A stretch of DNA of 64,000 bases from an uncultured Spirochaetota bacterium (GCA_963783575.1 CAWAOD010000009.1:544001-608000); one strand, 5' to 3'; shown: positions 27,896 to 38,081, counted from the first letter of the stretch. Notes: generated from the letters alone by a model not told the origin. Numbers and translations: made by a program.

Positions 27896-30133
27896 CTATT
27901 TGTTGGAAACATTACCATTTTCAATATCATAAGCATGAATCATTGCCCAGACGGCGTTTTCTCGCATATAATAATTGGCCCGGGCTTTAGAAAAATTGGA
28001 TGTCCATGCTTCAGGCGCATTAAACCAGAACTGGGGTTTTTCGTTTAACCAGATTCCGTTATAAAGGCTGCTGCCGATCTCTTCGGCCTCGTTAGTCATC
28101 CCTTCCTGTACCATACCGGCCGCGACAGACCATGCCACCCCGCCCCATACTTCGCTTGTCTGCTCCGAGGAATAATCCATTTTACCATCTGAATAAATAA
28201 CATTTACAGGGCCGAATTTTCCATTTCCAAAACTTTTAAAATTTTTCTTATATACGGTCTTGAACGCCTTTTTCACATGATCTTTTTGCAAGATATCCGG
28301 CAGACCGCAGGCCTTCGCGTACCATTGCCCGCAAAGCTGGTCAAGCATAATCCGTGTATTTTCAGAACCAGTATCCATTTTATAATAATTGCCTGTCCAG
28401 AGCTTTTTTTCAAAACTATTCCGTGATTTAATGAACCAATCCCTGTATTCTTTTGCTTTTGTGGTATCTCCCATAACCTTTGCTATCTCCTGCGCCGCTT
28501 CGCAGGCCGCAAGAAGCAAACCGCCGCAGTAGGATGTATTTCCCATCAGACTCATATTATCATAAGTCTGATCGGCTCCTAAACTGTTAGGCAACCCATC
28601 ATTATCGGAATCCTGGCTTTTAACTTTGTCAAGGGCTTTGATAATTGAAGGCCAGCAGTATTTAAGAAAATTAGTATCGCTTTTACCGGTCAATGCCCAG
28701 TCTCTATAAACCATCAGGACAAATTTTGAGTTGAGGTCCTTCCATTGTGTAGAATCCTGGTAATTATACTCATTCCATTTTGTAAAAACGGTATTGATTC
28801 CTCCGAAATCATGAGCGCAGGTTCCTATAGGCGCAGGCCTGTCTTTTCTTTCAGTTGTGATGCTGTCGCTGAACTGCCTTACGCATTGCTTGTCGATCTC
28901 AGGCCAGAACATAACCAGCGGCCAGGATCCGTAAAAACGCACATCTGAAGTTCCGTAAAACAGATAAGTAAATGATTCAAGATGACTGAACATATCCTCA
29001 TCGGGATTATCGATCTGGCCGGAAGCCGCGCCAGCTTCCCAGATAGTCCCTCCGGCGAAATAATAATAAAGTTCATTAAAAGCTGTTGTTTTAAGCCATT
29101 TGGGGTATTTTGAATTATTTAATATTTCAGACTGCCATTTATCGACATAATCTTCCCATTTCTGCCGGTTGTCCAGGGCTTCAACGGCAATTGACATTGA
29201 GTTCAGGCCCGATCTTCCGAAATACCTTGTATATTCCCTGAAGTATTTATGAGGAAAATATAAATCGGTAAGGCAGATAGGATTATCCCAGGCAAGTATT
29301 ATGGGAATATCCACAGATTCGCCGGGCTGTAAAACGGCTTTAACCGCAATGGCTCCGGTTTTATCCTGGCCTGTCTTATTACCCAATTTTCCGTCAGCAG
29401 AAAAATCCGATTCAAAGGTGTTGAGGTTGGAGGCCGAAGCATATGTTACAAGGGTTTTATCGCTATTGTCTGCCGCCATTATAAATTCAGTTTCGGACTG
29501 GCTTTTAGCTGCTTGTGTTCCATCCCTCCTGAGTATTAAATATGTTTTGCCGTCAATATTTGTTACTTGCGTATGATGCCCCGAAGAATTATTCCAGATA
29601 AACATAACGCTCACTTCAACAGCTTCACTGAATGTATTGGTGATTTCCCATTCGTATACAGCAGCCGGATAACTTGAAAGCCGGTAATCCCCGGCAATTA
29701 TAGGGCTGAACTGGCAAACCTTTGCTTTACATAAAAATTTATCGCCGTAATAATCGACCCAGGACTTTGGAAAAAGTGAATAATACATCGCCTGGTCTTT
29801 TCCCAATGAATCAGCATTTAGTTTAAGTGTAACCGGTTTTCCGCTTTGAGGTTTTTGATAAAAATAAAATCCGCATTTATCGTCAACTTCAAGGGTGTTC
29901 TGTCCGGTAAGGAATCTTTTATAAAACATTCCGTCATTCCGCCAGGTTATTGTTCCGGCTCCGAAGCCTCCGGCGGGCGCCCCGTCTTTATATCCGGGCG
30001 CCGCAACATCGCGGCTCCATGCAGTCTCAGGAATTAAAATCGACGCATGCATATGCGCCGGGTTCAATACGACGCTTAAAATCATAAAACATAATAAAAA
30101 CATAAGCAATAATCGGCCTGATTTTTTCCGCAT
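27896..30133 (-). CDS. Exported GH116 beta-glucosidase / non-lysosomal glucosylceramidase
   Basis: GGFGAGTI, FSPII, NELYY, HLES...TSDVRFYGS, HDFG, WKDLNSKFVL, DQTYD, DQLCGQWY, PEA; signal peptide from ATG 30133. Confidence 0.9.
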   Translation of the reverse strand: MRKKSGRLLLMFLLCFMILSVVLNPAHMHASILIPETAWSRDVAAPGYKDGAPAGGFGAGTITWRNDGMFYKRFLTGQNTLEVDDKCGFYFYQKPQSGKPVTLKLNADSLGKDQAMYYSLFPKSWVDYYGDKFLCKAKVCQFSPIIAGDYRLSSYPAAVYEWEITNTFSEAVEVSVMFIWNNSSGHHTQVTNIDGKTYLILRRDGTQAAKSQSETEFIMAADNSDKTLVTYASASNLNTFESDFSADGKLGNKTGQDKTGAIAVKAVLQPGESVDIPIILAWDNPICLTDLYFPHKYFREYTRYFGRSGLNSMSIAVEALDNRQKWEDYVDKWQSEILNNSKYPKWLKTTAFNELYYYFAGGTIWEAGAASGQIDNPDEDMFSHLESFTYLFYGTSDVRFYGSWPLVMFWPEIDKQCVRQFSDSITTERKDRPAPIGTCAHDFGGINTVFTKWNEYNYQDSTQWKDLNSKFVLMVYRDWALTGKSDTNFLKYCWPSIIKALDKVKSQDSDNDGLPNSLGADQTYDNMSLMGNTSYCGGLLLAACEAAQEIAKVMGDTTKAKEYRDWFIKSRNSFEKKLWTGNYYKMDTGSENTRIMLDQLCGQWYAKACGLPDILQKDHVKKAFKTVYKKNFKSFGNGKFGPVNVIYSDGKMDYSSEQTSEVWGGVAWSVAAGMVQEGMTNEAEEIGSSLYNGIWLNEKPQFWFNAPEAWTSNFSKARANYYMRENAVWAMIHAYDIENGNVSNK

Positions 30134-30212
30134 GCTAAGCTCCTTTAAAACTAATGCTGACATTCTATCCAGTAATACAATTTATGTCAAAAAAAGGTTT
30201 AGGCTGAAAAAT

Positions 30213-31067
30213 TCAATATTTAATAACATTGGAAATTTCTTCCAGGCCGATATCCTCTCCGACGGCGCTATGAACCCAGACGGTAAGCCGCCTGCCGGAT
30301 TTTTCAACTGATAAGTACGCCTGCCTTGAATAAGAATCTATGAGTTGGCCAATAAACGGATCAGCTACAATCATTGAGTATTTTATAGTTATAAAATCCC
30401 CGGCTTTTGTTTTAATATTTTCTTCTTTTATCGCCTTTAAAAAGCCCGGCATCAATTCTTTCAATATTTCAGGGACTGACCAATACAAAATGCCAGGTTT
30501 ATCAACATCCAGAAAACATGGTGTAAAAATTGGCCCATAAAAAACATCAAGGACAGGGAAATCCGGTTTCATCATAATTTTCGTACTTTTACCTTTAAAT
30601 TCATAACCGTTCCAGCTTTTACTTTCCAATTCAATCCTATTATTATTCTTGTTAATCCGGTAATACCGGTAATATTCACCGCCGTCTTTTTCGTTTGTTA
30701 TATCCGGCCAATAATATTTTAACTCAAGCAAAGATCCCGTATCCAGGGATATTATCGCGAATCCGTTATAATTTGTGTAATTTATTGGAAGCTCTCTGTC
30801 TCTGTCAGTAAAAATTGTCTCATTATAAATCCAGGCACACCTGCCGTATTTTTTAGTGTTTGTGAGTATTGTCACAAAATACAAATCAGCAAATTTTTCA
30901 CCGTTCTTATACCTTCCATATTTTAAAAATTCTCCATTCTGAATAAGTGGATTTTGTACCGGTTTGAGTGGTATATTTTCAACCTTTCCAGCCATGGAGT
31001 AAACAAAACCAGAAATAAAAGTTTGAAATAAAATGACAATTAAAAATATGGGTATGTTCTTAATCAT
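30213..31067 (-). CDS. Hypothetical exported protein, paralog 2 (DUF3108-like layout)
   Basis: VENIPLKP, GEFLKYGRYKNGEKFAD, WNGYE, VPEILKE, TKAGDF, ADPFIGQL. Confidence 0.72.
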   Translation of the reverse strand: MIKNIPIFLIVILFQTFISGFVYSMAGKVENIPLKPVQNPLIQNGEFLKYGRYKNGEKFADLYFVTILTNTKKYGRCAWIYNETIFTDRDRELPINYTNYNGFAIISLDTGSLLELKYYWPDITNEKDGGEYYRYYRINKNNNRIELESKSWNGYEFKGKSTKIMMKPDFPVLDVFYGPIFTPCFLDVDKPGILYWSVPEILKELMPGFLKAIKEENIKTKAGDFITIKYSMIVADPFIGQLIDSYSRQAYLSVEKSGRRLTVWVHSAVGEDIGLEEISNVIKY

Positions 31068-31108
31068 ATAATATCTCCTTAGAATAAGTTAGGCAACCTA
31101 GCCATAAA

Positions 31109-31966
31109 TTAATGAACCAGAATATTAGATACTTCTTCAAGTTGATTTACTATACCGATACCTTGTATTCTTAAAATTAGCCTTCTTTCCGAATTTTCAA
31201 GACAAAAAAAAGTTTCTTTTGTATATGATTCCATTAACTGTCCCAGGAAAGGGTCTGCCACTAAAAAACTCAACTTTATCGCATTAAATTGACCTATTTT
31301 TGTCTGCAGAGTTTCTTTTGCATAGAATTTATAAGTAACGGGAACCGGCTCTTTCAAAATCTCAGGCACGACAAAATAAGAAACACCGGGTGAAGCCGTA
31401 TCAAGAAATCTGGGAGCAAAATATACACCGGACTTTAAGTCCCATATCGGAAACCCCGTTTTGAATTTTACTTTATTTTTTCTGATTTTCACTTCATATC
31501 CATTCCAAACTTTACTTTCAAATTCAATGAAATCTTTATCTTTTCCAATATAATACCGCCAGAAAAATTCATTATTAACTGCTTCTAAAGCACTGCCACC
31601 AACTTCATTTGTACTGCTTGATTTAACCGATTCGATTATTGAAGCTTTATCAACCGATATTAAAAGATACCTGGAATAATCCATATAAAATACCGGAAGT
31701 TTCTGATTACCATCTGCCGCAATTTCCTCAATATATATTTTTACATAGGTTTGTCCATTCTTATCTTCAATAATTCTGGATACAATGTATTCGTCGGCAT
31801 ATTTCTCTCCGGCTTTGTATTTTCCGTATCGAAGAAATTCGCCATCCTGAATCACCAGCTTAGCGGCCGGTTTCAACGGTATATTTTCCACGCTGACTGA
31901 TATGGGGTAACATACACGGATAATTGCAGCTAAACAAACTATTATTTCAATTAATTTAACTTTCAC
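31109..31966 (-). CDS. Hypothetical exported protein, paralog 3 (DUF3108-like layout)
   Basis: VENIPLKP, GEFLRYGKYKAGEKYAD, WNGYE, VPEILKEP, TKIGQF, ADPFLGQL; GTG start after ggagg. Confidence 0.72.
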   Translation of the reverse strand: MKVKLIEIIVCLAAIIRVCYPISVSVENIPLKPAAKLVIQDGEFLRYGKYKAGEKYADEYIVSRIIEDKNGQTYVKIYIEEIAADGNQKLPVFYMDYSRYLLISVDKASIIESVKSSSTNEVGGSALEAVNNEFFWRYYIGKDKDFIEFESKVWNGYEVKIRKNKVKFKTGFPIWDLKSGVYFAPRFLDTASPGVSYFVVPEILKEPVPVTYKFYAKETLQTKIGQFNAIKLSFLVADPFLGQLMESYTKETFFCLENSERRLILRIQGIGIVNQLEEVSNILVH

Positions 31967-32152
31967 TTTTATCCTCCCACCAATTAAAATTCTAAAATAT
32001 TATTCTTAAATATAAAGGATAATAAAATATAACAGACAGGCTTGATAAAAACAATAAGTTTTACGGATGATTTTTCTAAGACTTAGGGCTTACTAAATCG
32101 AAAAAAACATAACAATTAATCCATAAACATCAATTTAACGGAAATAAAGAGT

Positions 32153-32182
32153 TTGACAAAAACTGCCGGTTTTGATTATAAT
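32153..32182 (+). promoter_or_regulatory. Sigma70 promoter upstream of the ClpP-like gene
   Basis: TTGACA-N18-TATAAT with TG extended -10. Confidence 0.6.
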
Positions 32183-32224
32183 TAAACTTAATTAAATACA
32201 AATTACCGCTTCAAGGAGTATCAT

Positions 32225-33509
32225 ATGAGAAAATCCATTATCAATCCTGGAATAATCATAATTCCGGTGCTTTTAGTATCCTTAGTTTGCATAATGTCAA
32301 AAGCTTTTGGAGATACAAATCAGGACACCAACTCCGTAAATACGAACCCGCTGGCTGAACTCCGCAATCAGCATGATAAACTTGCTCTTGAAAATGAAAT
32401 AGCCGAACAGATGCTTCAAAATAAACTCTCGGCAATTCAGACAGAGATTGAGGAAATCACAAAAAAACTCGAACTGTCATCAAAACGCGCAGCCTTAAAA
32501 GACACAGAAAGAAAGGAAAAAGAGGATGAAGAACTCGCGGATATGAAGTTCACGGTTGAAAAAATAAAGCTTTCCAATGATCTTGCGGAAGCTAAAAACG
32601 CCGGAGATATAAGCAGGCTAGGATTAAAGAAAAATCAATATCAGCTCAGGATGACCGAACTTGAGCTTCAGAAGATGGAACTTGACAATAAGCTTGTTTT
32701 ATTAAATAGTGAACTGGATGCTCCGGGATAAACAGGACCAATTGAACAACCGTGTTAACCATGATATTCAATATACGACAGAACCCTATAAAAACGGTAT
32801 TCTATCAATCAGCGACCGCCGGATAGCGCTTAATGATGTTATTACAATGGAAACCGCCGATTATGTTGTCGAACGGATAAGCTATTTTAATAATCAGAAT
32901 AGCGTTTACCCGATCTTCATTGTTATCGATAGTTCCCCCGGGGGGTCGGTAATGGCCGGTTATAAAATTCTAAAAGCGATGAACGGAAGCCCGGCTCCTG
33001 TTTATGTTGTTGTTAAATCATTTGCTGCAAGCATGGCCGCCAATATTACCACACAGGCGAAAAAATCGTTTGCCTATCCGAACGCCATTATACTGCATCA
33101 CCAGATATTGAGCGCCAATACCGGAAACCTGACGGAACAAAAGGAATCCGTTAAAGAGGTTGAGGAATGGTGGAAGAGGTTAGCCGCTCCGGTTGCCTTA
33201 AAAATGGGTTTAACTCTTGACGATTTCATCAAGGAAATGTATAAACACCGGAGTACCGGAGACTGGATGGAATTCGGCGACAACGCTAATAAGCTCAAAT
33301 GGGTCGACCAGGTTGTCGATACAATAAACGAGGAATCATACGTTAAAAACCCCGATTCTGCAGCCATGGCTTCGGTACATCCACGCGCCAATGAAATTCA
33401 CGAGCAGACAGATTCCGAAGGTAGGCGCTTCAAACTTCTTCCAAGGCTTGAACCGGTTGACTGTTATTATATTTATAATCCGGATAATTATTACCGGTAT
33501 GAACGCTGA
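32225..33509 (+). CDS. Exported ClpP-family (S14) peptidase with N-terminal coiled coil, frameshifted near 32720
   Basis: Signal peptide and coiled coil (32225-32731) followed by IDSSPGGSV, FAASMAA (Ser), ILHHQ (His) and GDW (Asp) in 32709-33509. One extra base at ggatgctccggg. Confidence 0.8.
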
Positions 33510-33977
33510 CCCTTCGGAAGGCTGACCGGAAATTCTCAGAATGGATCGAATAGTTCATCATCCGGCGGAGGAACGGTTGTTTCCAGTGAAGTATGGAAAC
33601 TGACGAATATTTTTTATTATTCAGGTACAACCGGCTCTTTTACACTTGCAAAAAAGAGTGACGGTACCACATCAGTAAGCGGAACCTGGACTAATTCCAG
33701 TTCATATTTGGGAACTACTTCCTGTCCTTTTACCGGCGGAACTGCTGTAGTTAACGGAAGTTATCTTTCATTTATAGGAAGCGGAACAGCTTACAATGTT
33801 GATGCCGGAGTTTCTTCCCAGTCGGGTTTCTCTGTTACAATGAGCAATTCAATGGCTACCAACGGGTATGTATGGGCAAACTATAAGATAATTTTTAATA
33901 ATCCTAACTGGGGAACAAATTCCGATATAATTGAGGCAGTCCGCATCAGCGGCAGTAATATTACAACAAATATCTGA
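33510..33977 (+). pseudogene. Ser/Thr/Gly/Asn-rich beta-strand protein fragment without a convincing start (5'-truncated exported protein?)
   Basis: Frame open from 33510, directly after and in frame with the ClpP TGA; no RBS or signal peptide. Confidence 0.45.
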
Positions 33978-33997
33978 AATATAATAATCATTTTGGT

Positions 33998-34783
33998 TTA
34001 ATGCCTGTGCTCTGTCTCATCATAACAGCCATGCTCTTTTTCGACGACAACAACATGGCCTTCCTCAAACCTGGCAATAATACCGAATGTGGATAAGAGC
34101 GCTTCTGGGGTTAAAACAGAGCTGCCAGGGCCGTATGCCACAACACGCTGTGCCAAAAGCATCGCCTGATCGCAAAGACCGGCTTCCTTAATATTATGCG
34201 TGGCGATAACCAGAGAAACCCCGCGATCAAGAAGCCTGTCAATAGACTTTTTGTAGAGTTCGATTCCAGGTACGTCAAGATTGGAAGTCGGTTCGTCAAG
34301 CAGGATTAAATCGGCATTGTGAGCTAATATGTGTGCAAGAAATATTCTCTGCCTCTGTCCTCCCGATAACGAGTTCAATGGCTTGTCTGATAAATTAAGA
34401 ACGCCCATATAGTCCATGGATTCCCTGATAAGATTTTCATCATCCCCGGTTAATCGTCTTAGAAGTCCAAGCGACGGAAAGCGTCCCATCCGCACTACAT
34501 CAATGGTCCTAAGTGGCAGAAGAAAACTTGTTGGATTGAATTGGCTCAAATAAGCCATCCTGGAAGGAAACTTGCCAGGTTCCCGGCCTAAAACCTGGAG
34601 GCTTCCGTTAATCGGAGGTAAAAGGCCTGCCATGGTTTTCAAAAATGTCGATTTACCCGAACCGTTGACACCTACTAAAGCTAATGTCTTCCCCGGTTCC
34701 AGAGTCATTGTGATATCCGGGACTATAATATGCCGGTCATAACCGATTGACAGCCCTTTTGCAATGATATATGGGGTTTTCAT
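33998..34783 (-). CDS. Zn/Mn ABC transporter ATP-binding subunit
   Basis: GVNGSGKST, LSGGQRQR, LLDEP, ATH; His-rich C-tail. Confidence 0.92.
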   Translation of the reverse strand: MKTPYIIAKGLSIGYDRHIIVPDITMTLEPGKTLALVGVNGSGKSTFLKTMAGLLPPINGSLQVLGREPGKFPSRMAYLSQFNPTSFLLPLRTIDVVRMGRFPSLGLLRRLTGDDENLIRESMDYMGVLNLSDKPLNSLSGGQRQRIFLAHILAHNADLILLDEPTSNLDVPGIELYKKSIDRLLDRGVSLVIATHNIKEAGLCDQAMLLAQRVVAYGPGSSVLTPEALLSTFGIIARFEEGHVVVVEKEHGCYDETEHRH

Positions 34784-35664
34784 TTTTTTATACCCCCGTT
34801 GTCATTCTGCAACCGATTAATTTCCTTTTCAGATGAGTCCGGATTTCCTGAACGAAAAATCCTGGTTATGATCAGTGATATAAAAAAGATTATAGTTGCA
34901 GTAAGGGTTATGGAAGCTCCTGCTGCGAAATTGAAGTGATAGCTTGCAAGTAGCCCGAAGTAGACCGAAATCATTCCAATTACCGATGCCAGGATCATCA
35001 TAGTACCCATACGCCTGGAAAACAAAGCGCTTGTCCCTGCCGGTGCCAGGAGCATGCCGAAAACCAGTAAGGTTCCTACAGTCTGAAACGACACAATTAC
35101 TGTAACCGCAATCATCAGAAGCATTATGCCATGATAAAGCCTTGCTGAAAAACCCGAAACCTGCGCCTGCTCATTACTGAAGCAGAGAAGCAGAAAAGGC
35201 CTGTGAAATATAAAGGCCGCTATGCCCAGTATGACCGTGGCTCCCAATTGAATGTAAATATCGCTGGGAGAAATTCCCAGTATTTCTCCAAAAAGGACGT
35301 TGATCAAATCTCCGGAAAAGGAATTTGACCTGGAGACAATGACAACGCCCAGCGCCAGCATACCGACAAATGACAGGCCTATGGCAGTATCCGAAGATAA
35401 TTGTGACTTCCGTGTAATGAGCCCGATGCCTCCGATCATAACAAGGCTTCCTGCGGCGGCGCCGATAATACCGGGGATACCCAGAATTAAGGCACAGGCG
35501 ACGCCCGGCAGAACTCCATGAGACAGCGCATCGCCGATGAAGGCAAGGCCGCGTAGAACCATAAATGTTCCCACTATGCCGCATGCTATTGAAACTAAAG
35601 CTCCTCCAAGAAGCGCGTTAATCATAAATTGATTGGATAAAAACGGTGTGATCAGTTCTTTCAT
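34780..35664 (-). CDS. Zn/Mn ABC transporter permease (ABC-3 family)
   Basis: GDALSHGVLPG, SDTAIG, LFGEIL, VGTLLV, AGASI. Confidence 0.92.
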   Translation of the reverse strand: MKELITPFLSNQFMINALLGGALVSIACGIVGTFMVLRGLAFIGDALSHGVLPGVACALILGIPGIIGAAAGSLVMIGGIGLITRKSQLSSDTAIGLSFVGMLALGVVIVSRSNSFSGDLINVLFGEILGISPSDIYIQLGATVILGIAAFIFHRPFLLLCFSNEQAQVSGFSARLYHGIMLLMIAVTVIVSFQTVGTLLVFGMLLAPAGTSALFSRRMGTMMILASVIGMISVYFGLLASYHFNFAAGASITLTATIIFFISLIITRIFRSGNPDSSEKEINRLQNDNGGIKK

Positions 35665-35718
35665 TTTACTTCAAACTCCCTGTAATAGTATCGGACGTGG
35701 CCTTTTTAATTGCAAGAA

Positions 35719-35758
35719 AAACACGGCTAATTCTTTCATAAGGAAATTAGCCGTGTTT
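35719..35758 (-). terminator. Intra-operon stem-loop downstream of the binding-protein gene
   Basis: aaacacggctaatt / aattagccgtgttt 14-bp perfect inverted repeat. Confidence 0.65.
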
Positions 35759-35763
35759 GGGTT

Positions 35764-36666
35764 TTATTTTAAGTTTTGTGTTATATTATCGACCATTGTA
35801 TTCATAAATGTAAAATAATTAAGATCGGGAAGCAAATAATGAGTAATCAAAGCCATGGATTTTACATGCGCCTCGCCGGCGAGTATTTTAACTACTTTAT
35901 CGGGAGTTCCCAATTCAATGAAGATGACTGACACATTGTTTCCCGCGATGAGCTTTTTCAGGGCCGCCATATCTGAGGCCGACACATTTCCTTCAGTGGA
36001 AAGGCTGGGAATAACCGCTCCCACCAGTTTAAAACCGTACCGCTGGGCGAAATATCCCATTGATTCATGCCCCGTAACCAGTTTCCTTTTTTCCGGGGGA
36101 ATTGACGCCACTTTCTTTTTAATAGAATCATCAAGAGAATCAAGCTTTGCGGCAAGTTTTGATGAGTTTTTAGAAAGGTCGATGGAATAGTTGTCCTTTA
36201 TGTATTTTGCCAGACCCAGGATTACAGATTTCATATTGATAGGATCCAGCCAGATATGCGGGTCCGCAGCCCCAAGTGCCTGGTCGGGATCGTCTCCGGG
36301 TATGCCTTCTCCCTGTCCGACATGCCTGACGGTAATATAGTTCGATGCCGTGAAAAATTTAACCCCCGCATCGCCGGCCTGTTTGAGAGCTTTATGCAAT
36401 CCGCCCTCCAGGTCAAGACCGTTCTGTACTATGAGATCGGCTTTAGTGATAGTTTCGATGTCCTTTGCCGAAGGCTCCCAGTCATGGACGTCTAGTCCAT
36501 TGGGGATGGATGTTTTAACTGTAAAGGAATCACCGACGAGTTCTTTAACCAGCGAACCCAGAACCGTGTAGGTGACGACAATCGTCTTTTTTTGAGCTTC
36601 CGCAAACGACTGACCGGCAAGCAGAATTAAACCCGCGCCGAGTAAAGTGATAAGTAATCTTTTCAT
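35764..36666 (-). CDS. Metal ABC transporter substrate-binding protein (ZnuA/AztC/TroA-like)
   Basis: DVHDWEP, NGLDLE, DPHIWLDP, GHESMGYFAQRYG. Confidence 0.92.
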   Translation of the reverse strand: MKRLLITLLGAGLILLAGQSFAEAQKKTIVVTYTVLGSLVKELVGDSFTVKTSIPNGLDVHDWEPSAKDIETITKADLIVQNGLDLEGGLHKALKQAGDAGVKFFTASNYITVRHVGQGEGIPGDDPDQALGAADPHIWLDPINMKSVILGLAKYIKDNYSIDLSKNSSKLAAKLDSLDDSIKKKVASIPPEKRKLVTGHESMGYFAQRYGFKLVGAVIPSLSTEGNVSASDMAALKKLIAGNNVSVIFIELGTPDKVVKILAGEAHVKSMALITHYLLPDLNYFTFMNTMVDNITQNLK

Positions 36667-36680
36667 ATATTTCCTCCGTT

Positions 36681-37403
36681 TTATTTGTTAGTTGTATCCG
36701 GTACAACAGAAAACGATACGGAATACCAGAAACCAATTCCATAGCCTAAAGCCCCTGAAGTAACATCTGCCAGGGTAAACGCGAGACAAAACTGATGCGG
36801 GGTGTCCGGTATGCCCAGCGAGACCCCCGGCACAATATTCAGATGAAAACCGCCGTTGTCACCAAAAACGTAAGATGGATCAATTTCGATGAAAGGATAA
36901 AGAATTCCTTTGACAGCCTTCCAAACGGGAGCGATAATTCCGCTCACGGCAGTTGAAGAATCAGGGTTATTTATGGGAATCGTGACGATACCGTTGAATT
37001 CAAACGCCATAAAATCATTTTCATAAAACAGGTGATACTGCGGCGCAATGTTGTAGTTCATAGGCTGTGTGTTATTAAACTGCAGCTGCAGGGCAATAAT
37101 GTTGTTCGGCAAAAACTCAAAACGCGGCATAATCTAGGAATAGGCATAACCCGCTTCCGGCGCAAGAGCGAAGTCCGCAGCGTCCGCAAAGAGGTCGAAA
37201 TTGGGAGTAAAACCATAGGAACCGATAATGTCGGCCGCCGTGCCGAATTTCTGTGAGATGGGAAAAGACAATGTGGGGTCAAATGATACGACCCCTTTCC
37301 CCGTCATACCGTTGAAAGCATCGTATGAATAGGAATAAATTCTTTGGGTAAAAACAGCAATTAATAATAAAAAAGCTGCAGACACTGGTAATAGACGTTT
37401 CAT
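36681..37403 (-). pseudogene. Predicted outer-membrane beta-barrel protein interrupted by an in-frame TAG (37136-37134)
   Basis: ORFs 37134-37418 and 36681-37130 are in the same frame (YAYS*IMPRFEF). Signal peptide from ATG 37403; amphipathic strands ending GFWYSVSF. Confidence 0.65.
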
Positions 37404-37420
37404 AGTAAACTCCTTCATCC

Positions 37421-37496
37421 AAAATGCAAATAATTAGCGTATAGAATAAAACAAAAAAAATAAAATGTCAAAGAATACGCAAATGACTTGCATTTT
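37421..37496. promoter_or_regulatory. Pair of inverted operator-like sites (candidate Zur/Fur-family boxes) flanking the minus-strand promoter
   Basis: aaaatgcaaataattagcgtat (37421-37442) vs reverse complement of 37475-37496 (aaaatgcaagtcatttgcgtat), 19/22. Minus-strand TTGACA at 37471-37466 lies between them. Confidence 0.65.
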
Positions 37497-37554
37497 AAAG
37501 TTGATTTTTTATTTTTCTTTCATTAAACTATAATAGATTATAAGGACGGTTTTT

Positions 37555-37938
37555 ATGCGTTTGCCGTTTACTTCCATCCGTAAGGAATTGCTGGATATCA
37601 TCAATCGATCGGAAAGCCCTTTGAGCGCTGCCGATATTTATGAAAAATACGGTAAAAAAGCCGATTTATCAACAGTTTACAGGGCAATACGCTATCTTGA
37701 AACGGAGGAAATGATAGAGGGATTTTCGATATTCTGCTGTTCCCATGAAAAAATGCGCTATTATTTCGGAACCGGGAAAAACCATGCGCATTTCCTGCAC
37801 TGTGAAAAATGCCACCAGTTCAAGCGTTTTGACGATTGTTTCATAGAAGATATTCAAACAAAAATTGAGGATAAGTACAAATATGAAATCCGCCATCATA
37901 CCCTTTATTTTACAGGACTTTGTGAACAATGCAGGTGA
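37555..37938 (+). CDS. Fur-family regulator, probably Zur
   Basis: DLSTVYRAI, HAHFLHCEKC, GLCEQC; divergent from the Zn/Mn ABC operon. Confidence 0.85.
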   Translation: MRLPFTSIRKELLDIINRSESPLSAADIYEKYGKKADLSTVYRAIRYLETEEMIEGFSIFCCSHEKMRYYFGTGKNHAHFLHCEKCHQFKRFDDCFIEDIQTKIEDKYKYEIRHHTLYFTGLCEQCR

Positions 37939-38081
37939 ATAAGATTGCCTTTTTTCGGTTTATGAGAAAACTTATCAATACTAACCGGTTTATTATAATT
38001 TCGCTCTATTAACAGTTGCCGTTTTTTAGTTCGATTTATTATATTAGAATAAAAGTTTGAAGTTAAAATTAGGAGAGTAAT

